NCBI RefSeq assembly: GCF_022539665.2
Contig: NC_081333.1
Span: 9,300,001 to 9,364,000 of the forward strand
Direction of reading: 5' to 3'
Source: Daphnia carinata
Lineage: Eukaryota
DNA length: 64,000 nt
The notes beneath the pieces are model-generated. The model ran no database searches. It was not told the DNA's origin and worked only from the letters and a program-made list of their open reading frames with translations. The first letter of the stretch is position 1; every line of letters starts with the position of its first letter. Shown here piece by piece: positions 45,901 to 57,400 of the stretch. The position numbers and the translations under genes were made by a program.

Positions 45901-46546
45901 ATGTATATACAATCTGTATGCCTACGTACACATATATCACCGAGAATGGAAATAAAATGGGCGAAAAGCGCCAACAGGTAGAAGAAGAAGATTATGGGCG
46001 GTTGTTTTGGAACGGCCTTTTCTTATTTTCCTTTAGAAAAACAAAAAATATCTACGTACATTTACGAGCTTCCTTTCCGATAAGGGTAAAGGATTGTTGG
46101 CACACAGCTGGGACATAACAGCACACATGTCGCTCTCTTGATTGTCTAACACAACTTTCAAATATTTGTTGTTTTTTTTTGTTTTTTTTTCTGCATTTTG
46201 AAAGGCTTCGCTTAATTGGTGGAATTCCTCGTCAAAAGGAATTTCCTTTGGCAAGACGTGGGCGAGCAGATGACCGTGAAAGATTGTCCTTAAAAAGACG
46301 GGCAATAGCAAAAAGAAATGTCGGATAAAAAAAAAAAAAAAAAGACAAGGAAACATCCAGCTGGTGATCGTTAATTAACCCGTTTAGATGTTGAGGAATT
46401 TTTGCTTGTCAAGAAATAAGTAAGAAGAAAAAAAAAAAAAAAAAAAAAGAACTTCTAAATGGAACATTCATTACAGTCGATTGGGCGTTGATGACCATCA
46501 GCTCCGACGTCATCTTCTTCCACTGGAGGAAATCTCCGTTTTATGC
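31891..46546 (-). CDS. Overlapping alternative-frame ORF over the NDRG N-terminal exons (5' end not identified)
   Basis: The -1 frame is stop-free through exons 46546-46475, 32911-32852, 32263-32200 and 31933-31894, ending at TGA 31893-31891 (~78 codons visible). Confidence 0.55.
43214..43225 (-). other. Candidate 12-nt microexon (GGTTGGATGTAG) in the long NDRG intron
   Basis: Consensus donor TAG|GTGAGT, acceptor AATAG, and ~160 nt upstream with no AG dinucleotide. Confidence 0.5.
46475..46546 (-). CDS. MESK2: 72-nt distal exon of the NDRG gene: contains an alternative NDRG start (ATG at 46513, MTSELMVINAQST) and is fully open in the -1 frame (xIKRRFPPVEEDDVGADGHQRPID)
   Basis: Acceptor TTCTTCCTTGCAG|G, donor ACT|GTAATG. 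A GC-balanced island in A/T-run intron sequence that joins in phase 0 to PVQKRIVSTSNCG. Confidence 0.7.
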
Positions 46547-49500
46547 CTGCAAGGAAGAATTTTTTTCAGACAGTTACTAGAAGAAAGATCCATCAAGTGA
46601 ACAGCACGACTGCAAAATAAAAAAAAAATTGTTCTTTAGGTCCGGCTGTTTTTTTTTTTTTTTTTTTAATGCTCGTCGATAAGCGCAGCTTCGTCTCACT
46701 AAAGTTGAATTATGAAAGGAGAAGAAAAAAAAAAAATTTAGCGTTGATCACGAGGGCTACAGCTAAGCGACGCCCGCACGCGTATCCGATTGCAATTATG
46801 CACGCCGGTTTCCAAAAAGACGAAAAATAATTTGCTTTTTTTTTTCTTTAAAATCTCCAGCAAGCATGAAGGTTGGCAAGTATATAAAAGCACCAGAATA
46901 ATCTCTACAACAATGTGCTATATGTCTATATACCCTTCAACATCCATTTTTTTCTGTTCAATTGATATGCAACAAGGAAAATAGAGAAAGGCATTCCGGC
47001 TATTCTGCACAGGTATGGAAAACAACATACCTACGTGTGTGTGTGTGTGCGTGTGGTCTTATGGTCATGCCAACATATGAGGCTCTCTACTCTAAATTCT
47101 TCAGATAACAACAACTCAAAAATAAAACAGATGAAAAAAAAAGGGTACAAGAGGGTTGTCCAGAGGTACGCAGTTTTATGTAGTGCTTCAACGGCTGTTT
47201 GTATTGCAGCACTCGTCCTTTGAAAAACAAAAGAAGGGGTCGCTATAGAAATGGAGATGTCAACGCGCTTTCGTATCTACCTTGATGGGTTTTGAGTGAG
47301 CCCGAGAAGAGTATATCTGTTTCATATTTTCTTATCGGCAAAGTAGGGGTGGAAAAGAAGGGGTGCAGCTATTTTAATGGGAGGGGGTAGGGACATCAAA
47401 GTTAACCAAGCGAACCGAAATGTTAAAGAAAAAAAAACAAAAAACTCCCAATGCCGTGCGGCTTGGGTTCTGTTATTGTGTAATGCTGCGTTTAATGTAC
47501 CTTTCGTGGATATGGTTTATCTGACTATTTTCTTCTTCCCGCTTTCAAGTCGAGCGAGCGCACGAAAAAGATGAGAGCGATGGACGGCCATGGCCGTCCG
47601 CTTCAGCAATTAAAGTTCACCGTTTTTTTTTTTTTTTTCGATAGCGCAGCATCAGCTGATGCGAGTCGAACTCGAACAATTCAGACTTTCCCTGTCCTGT
47701 TTTGGGGGAAAACTATTGACGCGCGGACGTAAACAGTTATTTCGTTTATATTCCAATTGGTTTGCTTATTGACATTTTATTTCTAACGACAAAGACGGTG
47801 CATGTAATCAAAGAAAGCCCAATAACATTTTTTTACTCAATTCCTGAGTATAGCAGCAAGAAAAGAAATAATTGCTGTGGGATGTAAAAATTCAATAGAA
47901 AATAACCCCCATTAAAAAAGAAAATGTTTCATTTGCATTTTTGCTTTTTCGGATTTTTTTTTTTTTCAAAAATAAAATGGAGGACTAATTAAGAACAAGC
48001 TGGGTGGGTGATGTAATTACATCGTTTCCAAGGTACACGTATATTTGACTCTTCTTATTATATGTAACCCCGTTAGCTAAGCTCAATTAGCAGCGCGTCA
48101 GCATCCGAAGAAACAGACCGTAAGAAGCGTCTTTTGTTTGTGGCACATCAAAAACAGAGAGGGAAAAAAAAAAGAGTAGTAAATTGCATACAGTTACACG
48201 CATAGGATATCATCGTCGGCCATCTCTCTCTACAACTCATCTCCATATACTGCGCATATGCATGCACGTCTCGCTGTTATCGTTAAATGAATAACAGTTA
48301 TAGTAAAGCACTAGAGAAAAGCGAATTAGCATGAATAAAATTATGAAGCGCAAAACCATAGAGACGGCATAAATTATAATCATTTCAATAATTTTTTTTT
48401 TTTTTTTAAATCAACGATGTTGTTTTGAATAATAACGTTGTAAGACTGGTTCTTCTTTTGTTTTCCGTCCTTTGTGTTGAAACGTTTCTCTTCTCACCCA
48501 AATAAAAACATGTGACACATTAAAGTCTTCGTTTCTATTCGGTATAATTTATAGCCCCAAATATCCCGTTTATGATGACTGCATTAAGAAATCCGTGGCC
48601 CGTTATTGTATGTGATTAAACAGATATTGTCCCACACACACACACAAAAAAAGTCAGCCGACATTAGACGATCACCGGTTTGCGGACGAGTTCAGTTTTT
48701 ATATTCGCTTCAGTTATCGATGGCATTTCCGACAACGTAAAACCTGTTGCCAGTCATTCCAGACTGCGAAGAGAAACTAAACAATATGCGCAAAAGATGG
48801 AAAAATAAATCCATGGAAGAAGAAAAAAAAAATGATGGATAACACGAAATGTTTTTCATGGCCTTCAGATTTCTTCGCTGGGCCTCCATTATATCGAAGC
48901 AACAACTGATATTAGCATATTACTCTATCCATTTTTTTTTTTTTGTTTCTTTAGATCGGTCCACAGTAGAGAGAAGGGGAGAAGAAGAACAGCTCTGATT
49001 GATCCGTGTTTCTTCAGTTAGACAAGAAGATTGGAGAAAACGTTCAAAAAGAGAAAAGTGATTTAAATTTTTTTGTGTTTATGTTTTTGTGGGTCGTAAT
49101 GATTGCGAGAAAGAGAAACAACTGAACATCTATCCAACTTTCTCTCTTTCTTTTTTTTCTTTTCAAACCAGGGCTCGAGTGCGATCCTTCCGTGTCGTGA
49201 TACAAACTAATGACGTGTTATGTATTGTCACGCCGACGCTCAAATCGCCTTGATTGCACCGAGTGTTTTCCTTCGTTCATCTTTTATACATTTTCGCACC
49301 TGGCCACAGTAGATCTCGGTCGTACACACACACACACACACACACAAAAAAAAATGAGTCACGCGCGTGATGATCGTGCCATCGTCATTACGTTAACTTG
49401 CGCGTATAGGAGTTGTGCAACAAGCAAAAAAAAAAAAAATAAAAAATAGGGGTCTGTTTCTAACTAATGGAAACGAGCAAATGACATTTTCCCAGTGTAA

Positions 49501-51459
49501 CAGACGAGAGGAGTGTGTTACGGTGACACACCTTGTCTCTGTAACCTATACTAGAATATGCACACAGACATATTTTCCATTTATGACAGTGTTTTCTTCC
49601 TTTTTTTTTCTGGTTGAGTGTCTGGGGTTTAAAGAAAAAAAGAAAGAAAATGATACACGTTCATTAGACTGGAAGAAATCGAGGGGCACGTAATAAGTGG
49701 CACCACCACAGTCGACTACACCCCGTTAGAGAGTTGAGGGAGAGGTAAAAAAAAAAAAAAGGGCAATGATAATGATGGAAATGTTCCATCTTCTTTTTGT
49801 TTATTTTCACACGATACATCTGGAAGTGTCTTCAAATGGAAATAGAGGGGCATTGTAAGCAAAAATTCTTGTTTGCTCGCTTTTATCTAACGACGTTCGT
49901 GCATCTCGCTATGGAATGTTGTGTTTGTTTGTTTTTCTTTTTTTCTCTTTTGGCCAGAATGTTTTCAGAAGATGTTGAGCTTAGCAGTTGCAGGTACGAG
50001 GAAATCGACTGCTGGCAGACGGCGCCACGATAGTATAGTTCCAGATGTGTTCCAGTAGAGTCCCAATGCATTTATATAAAGCATCTAGCTGAGAAAAAAA
50101 AAGCAAACTTAAGTATCAGGAGATTACGTGACACTCAAAAGCATCTCTATATATACGTTTAAAACTAAAGGATGAGCCTCTTCTCGACACTTTTCGTTGA
50201 CTGGCCTCCAAAACGATAGGGAGGAAAGTGGGAGTCTATACAAGGAAAAAAAAAAAGTGAATTGAGGGAATAAACAAGACACAAACACTCATCACACAAA
50301 AGAGCCGAAAAGGTTAACAGAAGAAGAAAAAGATTTTTTTGTGTGTGTCTGAAAGCGTCGGACGCCACCGTGTCAGACATCTCAAAAAATCCAAAGGGCT
50401 GATTTGAAGCGCACGATAAGATCGGCAGAACGGTAGGGAGGTTGAGTTGCTGTGATGACGGAACATTCATCTGCCAATCAAAACACAAGAATAACAATCT
50501 GACACATATATAAAGAAGAAGAAGAAGAAAAAAAAAAAGAGGTCTATTTGTGTATGGAACAAGAAGGAAATCGAAGGTGAGCATCAGTTGTTCTCATCTT
50601 CTTTTGAACGTTTTCAAATGATATGCAGCCGTCAGCGTCGCACATCGTGGGGATTTAGATTGTTGGTTATTTTCTTTTTTATTCCTCGACTACGTTACGT
50701 CCAAGAATTATAGACTTTTTCTTTTCCCGAATAAGCTCGCAGCATTTAAATAGGGACTGAATTATAGAGACTCTTTAGCAGCCAGAAGCAGCTCAGCCTA
50801 AATATATACAGCCTCCGTTTTTTTTTTTATATATATTCCTTTTGGCTTTATTTTTCTATCCGTTTTCTCTGAGATGATCGCCCCCTTTCGTATAGGCTGT
50901 TTTCTCTTTTCCTCCAACCTCACGACCTCCTTCAGCTGTCCCTTGTTTTGTGTGTATTTCCGTTGCCTCCGCCGATCTCGTCCAAGATCTTTCTATTTAT
51001 ACAGCAGTAATAACTAAACACACACACACACACAACTTTATTACAATAAAGCACTAACATCTTTCACGTATAACAGGAAGGGAGATAAACATAAGAGAAA
51101 GTTCTTTTTTTTTTTTCTATTTCCACCTCGAATTTCAAAGAAAATCGAGTCGAGTTTACCCCGGGAAACCTGAATAAAGAGGACACACATCACCCGATTG
51201 GAGGGCAAAAGAAAAACACACCTGGGCGTGTTACGTGTACCCTGCCCGGTTACACAAAAAATAAGGGAGACCTGAGGGGGTATATGTATACTGACGATAG
51301 TAACGTAATATCCTATATATGTTCATAACTGATATGAAGTGGAAAAAATGAAATTTGAAGGGAATATAGAATAAATCCGATTACGTATGCACGCAGCCTC
51401 TGTGTATAGGCCTGTGCCTTTGGCCTTATAATTTTTGTTTGAGGGATACATCTTTTTAC

Positions 51460-51499
51460 CTGTTAGTGGGACGAGCGGTCACTGAAGGCTGATGAGCAT
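51460..51499 (-). other. Candidate 40-nt cassette exon
   Basis: Poly-T tract + AAG acceptor and CAG|GTAAAA donor. Only the phase 1->2 frame is open (xAHQPSVTARPTNR). Confidence 0.35.
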
Positions 51500-54400
51500 C
51501 TTTAAAAAAAAAAAAAAAAAGAGAAATTTTGTTTGACCACCTATATATTTTGTTCCATGTATTCTGGCCTTGTTCCTCCACATCGTTGACCTGTAGCGCC
51601 AATAGCTGCACTACCTGTATAGAGACACGGTTACGTATTCACCTGCATCATATAAAAATAGAATATTCGTTGCGTGTCTGGTTCTGTATCGTACACACGA
51701 TCAGCTGCCCTTATTCGTTCCTATTTCCTGAAAGTGTGGCTGCCCATGCACACACATGCGTATTCCATATTTATATTGGTGTGCAGGTAGAGAGACACAC
51801 CAGACGCGACATGTGCTGCGCTCGCTTGATGCGACTGGTGTTGTGACGCGTTCTTTTTTTCATGGTGCGTGGATGACCGCAAGTTTCAGCTGAGGTCACG
51901 TGACTCGTTTGTCTTAATCCGAGTGCGAATAAAACTGTTCAATCTACAAGCTTTACACGAATATATATAGGTCATCTCAGCCAACCCATTTGACGCAATT
52001 GCTGTGCTGGTTTTACGGCGATCTGTTGCTAGTCAAAGTGATGAACTTTGTTTTACTTTTGTCTGATTATACTGCAAACAAAATGAATTTAAGAAGCACA
52101 CACACACAAAAAAATCTATTTCTCTCGTCCCGTAGACACTCTTGATGAAATGAAGGAGATTGATTCATCTGCATTTGCATGCTTTGCATAACGTCGACTT
52201 TCCCTTCAATCAGCTGACCATGTAGCTTTGCGTGCGTTGCATAAAACAAAAACAAAAATCCCGTTTTAAAATATATATATATATATATTTTTTTTTTGGT
52301 TACGTAAATTGAATACTAAGAGCCACACCCCAACACCGTTGCATTTTCTTGTTGTCGTGCGGAATTTCTGAGTGATGTTCTTCTCCCCCATCCGGGTAAT
52401 TCCATTCAATTGTAGGTCAAATATGTAGCGTAATTTTTAGCGCACCCTTGAGGCTGCGTGCATGAATGGGATGAAATAACACATAGATGTATATTTGTAT
52501 CGTAGTCCGCTATATTATAACAATACATAAACACGTTTTTAATTCCCAGAATTGAGCGTATCAAAAATTATATAGACCGACACATGCGTAGACGATAAGT
52601 AGGCTAACTGTGTGACTATGCATCTATATACACGTTCGTCTATTGTTTCGTGTGACGCTGCCAGTATATATATATATATATATATACATATATATTCTTA
52701 CATTGTTGCTGCTTCACCTGGAGATGATGCATCTGCTACGCCCTTGGGCTATTCTCATCAGCAACTGGGGGTCTTCTTCATCAGGAAAAAATATTTTTAG
52801 ACAAGAACAAAAAATATTGTTAGGTGTGGCCGAGGCCAACCAGGCCGGCAGGCACATGGTCATCAGCAGCTTTGGAGAAGTCGAAAGATTAAAAAATAAA
52901 AAAAAGGGGGCCTATGTCCAAAATTTAAGATTCTCTCCATCCACAACTGACCGTCACAAAAAAGGGTCTAATGACCTCAGCTATCTCTCCTTATAGGTCT
53001 GTTGAAATCTAAAGAGGCAAAGAAAAATCGGATGTATACGTAACGAGAAGCTTAAAGGGTAAACTATAAACAGCGCTCTTAAAAAGCCAAAATAACGGAA
53101 AGAAAAAGAAAAAAAGGGGAACATGTTAGAATGACAACCGGAAATGGCATTCAGTGACAGCGGATGAAAAATGTTTTTAAATGAACAACATCAAACACAC
53201 AAGAGAGAGAGAGAGAGAGACAAGAAACGGAAAAAGAAAATTATAAGAAACAACATGCAAAGCAAAGAAAACCGGACACGGTCATCGTCTATTTTTCCTT
53301 GAGTAGTGTGTATATACATAATATTTTATCTGCTTGTTTTGCCAATCATTGTGGCGATAGCGGAGTTGGCATCAAGTTTTTACGAGTTCCTATATATACA
53401 ATTTTTTTTTTTTCGGTTAGGATGACGTACGTTTTTTTTTTTTTTTTTAAGTTAGGTGAGATTGTGTTACGTTATTATAGACATAGAAAAATTGTTCCAA
53501 GTCATCATCATCAGGCCTCCGGTTAAACGCTGAGCTCCATTTTCTTTTTCTTTTTTAGAGGAAGCAAAAAAAAAAAAAAAAGAAACGGAAGTCGGTCGTT
53601 CGTTTGAAAATGAACACAACATAAAAGTTAAGAACGTACAATTTCCAAAGCATCGATAACAAACGTCTTCGTTACAAATATTCCAAAATTCAAGAGGAAA
53701 ACGCCAATCATCTATAACACAACATCACATCTGCCTAATTTTGAAAAAAGCCAAAGGAAAATGTCCAGTTTTCTTCACAAACACATCCGAAGGTGTAAAA
53801 AAAAAAGGAGAGGAGGTTCCGGCAGAAGCCGAACGGCAGCTGCAACGTGTCCTCAACATTCGAGGCGTTGGAAACTGGAGAAAGACGAGGGGGTAAAATA
53901 AAAGAAGGACTGTAGTTTTTCGCCTCCTTCTCTGCTTGTAATCGGTAAAAAAGAAGGGAAAAGAAAAATGGAAGAGAATGAAAAGAGGAGGGCTGTTGGA
54001 AAAAAAAAAAAAAGAGAGGAACACATCGCCAACGTGAACAACGAACCTTCAGTTGCCTCTCGGCTACGATCGACGACGGACGCGTAGTTGTTGAGCTCCG
54101 GCCTTTTTTTTTGAAATTTTCGTTCAAATTTACCGCGTCATTTTCAAACGCCAAGTTTTCTCGCATCATCGACAAAGTCGTCCTTTTTTTTTTTATTTAT
54201 TTATTTTTTTTTATTTTGCGGTCAAGTGAATAAAATAAAAGACGGAAGAGAGAAAATCTGCTATCGTGATCGCATACTTAACGGATTAACCATCATCTTT
54301 GGCGGACTCTGAGCAGCAGGTGGAACCAAACGACAATTCTCATCGGATTTTTTTTTATTATCTTTCACGTGGACGTCTCTGGAATCATAGTGCGATTAAA

Positions 54401-57400
54401 GAACGTCATCCGACTTTGAAAGGTATGTTGAAACATGAGTCATACCTGTTTATCAATGCCATTGAAAATCAGTTCGCGATCTTAACGTCACATAGAAAGT
54501 GGGCAATTAAACGGCATAATTCCAAAGATTCTTTTTTTTTTTTGGGTTGGAGTTCGACGTATTTTTTGGTGGGGAGTCTGGGTGATAGAAGAGAACGTGA
54601 CGCCGCAAAAAATATTATTCGATTTTTTTCTCTTTTGAACTGTTTGGAAATATATGGACTCACATATACGAGCCGAACAACAACAACACATTCGAGTCGG
54701 CTCGAGGCGCTTCGAGTCGGTCGTGAATCGCCTCGTGTCTTTTGCTTTTTTTTTTTTTTTTTGTTCGCTTTTGTGCACATCCTGGAAATGTTCTTGGTCG
54801 ACCTTTTTGTCTGGCCACCTTTGCGTCTTCTTATATATATATATAGCGTCTATACTACGCGATGTATAACAGCCGCAAAATAATGATAATAAGGAAGAGA
54901 ACGAACAACATTTTTTTCTTGATTTTTCTTCCTTCGACGCGCTATAGGCGAAAAAGCCAAAGGTAACCTTGACGTCGCGTCGTGCACAAATGCCATGAAA
55001 AAAAAAAAAAAAGAGAATGAAAGGAGGTGAAAAAAAGAAATGGCGTGGGCTAATGTCGTGATCCCGCGTTCAGACATTCGAAATGATACCGAATAAATCT
55101 GGCGAAATGTGATGATGCGTTATACTCGATCGTACGGCCCCAAGTCCCTGCTCTTCATCAACTCGAATGAATGTTATAAGCGAGCAGCCTTATTATTCCG
55201 TTCTTCGTTTTTAAACCGAATCCCCCCCCCCCCTTTTTTTTTTTTTTTTTTAGTTGTTGTTTATTTTATTTTTTTGTTCATCATCAAAATGTTAAATTAA
55301 CAATGCACCAAGACCTCCCGCCACGTCACGCGCGCGCGCTCTTTTCAAGCTATTTTTACAATCCACCTTCTTCATTTCACCGTCTATTTCAAAAGGTAAA
55401 AATAAAGAAAAGAAAGATTATTCTTTCTTATTTCTTTTTTTTTTCCTGCCATGATGAGAGCGTTAAGAGCCATACACCAAGCAAATTACTCTCGTACACA
55501 TCCAAATACAATACACGCCGGGCGGATCTCTTGCCCACCGTCCCCCGGGTTAAACGCCGGTCGTGGCTCGTTCAACGAAAATACCGAGATCGTTAATTCC
55601 CTTTTCTTTTCTTATTTTATTTTATACATTTATCTCTCTTCCCTCCTGTTCCTTTTGTTTTTCTTTCCTCTTCATTTTTCCTTTTTTTTTTTTTATAGAA
55701 CGCGAGGATATTAAAGACGATGGCACATCAATATTTATCTGTGTACATACAGACGTTGAATTTTGTGATGTTTTTTTTTTTCGTTCCACCTGTTGGCGTG
55801 CGGCTTTTATTTCAAAGTTACTTTTTTTTTTTTTTTTGGCCTCGTTTTTATAGGTTTTCCCTCCCCTTAAGGGCCTTCGCTTAATCAATCGATCAGAGAG
55901 AGTCAAGGTGGAGAGCGGCAGCATCTTTTCATTTCTCTCCCCTTCGACGAACTACGTGACGTGTTGAGTTTTTGTTTTTCCCTTTTTCTTTTGAAACATC
56001 GCGGGCGGTCACGGGATTTTTTTTTTTTTTTTTTCATTGAACAAAACGGTTTTAGAAAAAAAAGGGAAAACTTTTAGCATCGAATCTCCCATTCAAAATG
56101 TGTCTATAAAACTGGCAACATCCACCATCTTATCGATGTGTTCTTAACCGAAAAAAAGGCTCGTATAATGTGTGAAAAACAGACCCCCTTCTTCGAATCA
56201 ATCAATCTCCGCTTGTTTCCTTCGAGAAAAGCTTTTCTTTTTTCAAACAAGCAAATAGCAGAAGAATGCGCATTTTTTTTTTTTTTGGGGGGGGGGGGGG
56301 GGGGTACAAACTACAAAGTTCAGGGTCTGTCCGCCACACGTAGATACGTTCAAATAAGAACTTTTGTATGCACAGATTTTTGTTGTCTTGTATGTGTATG
56401 TTTTTCTAGTTACATCCAGAACCCCTGCTGATTAGTGGCTTTTCTCTCTGGAAAATAAAAAAAAAATACGTAGCGGACATGTCTTCGTCAGAAAAGGTCT
56501 ACCTTTATTTTGTTTTCTAGTCGACTACGTGTGACAAGCCAAAGAGGAGCCAAGCACTTTGTTATACAAACATACATTTGAAAGAGGGGGCGATGTTAGA
56601 AGAAGAAAGGCCCTCCCCCGTATTTTTTTTTTTTTTTAACTTGATTTGTTTCTATTTCGAAATGCATAACCGATCGTCACATTTGGGTTAGACGAGAGGG
56701 AAAGAAACAGCTCCAGCATAAAAAAAAAAGGAATTCAAAAATTGAGTGTCACACTAAAATAGAAACTGGAATGACATTTGCGTGTGCGTGAAACTGTTGG
56801 ACGGTCTTGAAACACGAAATGTTTCTGTACATTCATCACGACTTGAGAAAGCTCTTTTCTTTTTTGTTCTACGTCTTAACGTGTCATTGGCATACGTCTG
56901 ACGAAAAAGAATGTCGTTTTCTTCCTTTTTTTTTCTTTTAACATCAACAAAAAGTGGCGATTGTAAATGAAGCGGTCCAGCTGCTTCACGAACATATTTC
57001 ATCATCGAAATCTGTCCCTTTTTTTTGTGTGTGTGTGTTGTCTTTTCTTCTAGTACTTTGCGACGTTTTGAAATAAGAATGTCCTTGGCTGTGCGATCAC
57101 AAAATCTTTGGCATTTCCTGATGATATTCAAAATAATGAATCCAGTTAGTGACCCTATCAATAGTCGAATCGAATTTCTGGTGAAAAACTTCTATGTGGG
57201 TGTTTTGCGTGACATTAGAAACTGTCAATCAACTGGGGCTGACCCGCCCATCTGCAATTTTCAATTGAACGCGGCACTCGGGCGTGAAATCATTGCCCTC
57301 CTTTCACTGCAATTAAAGTTTTTTTTTTTACCTCGATGAAACATTTAATAGAATTATGAACATGAAAATATAGAAGGTTAATATTGTGAAAAAAAAAAAA

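Noticed and set aside
46090..46290. Possible minus-strand exon (RTIFHGHLLAHVLPKEIPFDEEFHQ...)
   Set aside because: Plausible acceptor but no convincing nearby donor, and joining it to the 46475 donor gives stops in the relevant phases.
53735..54175. Minus-strand 146-aa ORF or exon with acceptor at ~53877
   Set aside because: Runs through poly-T tracts, has no good donor and no recognisable similarity.
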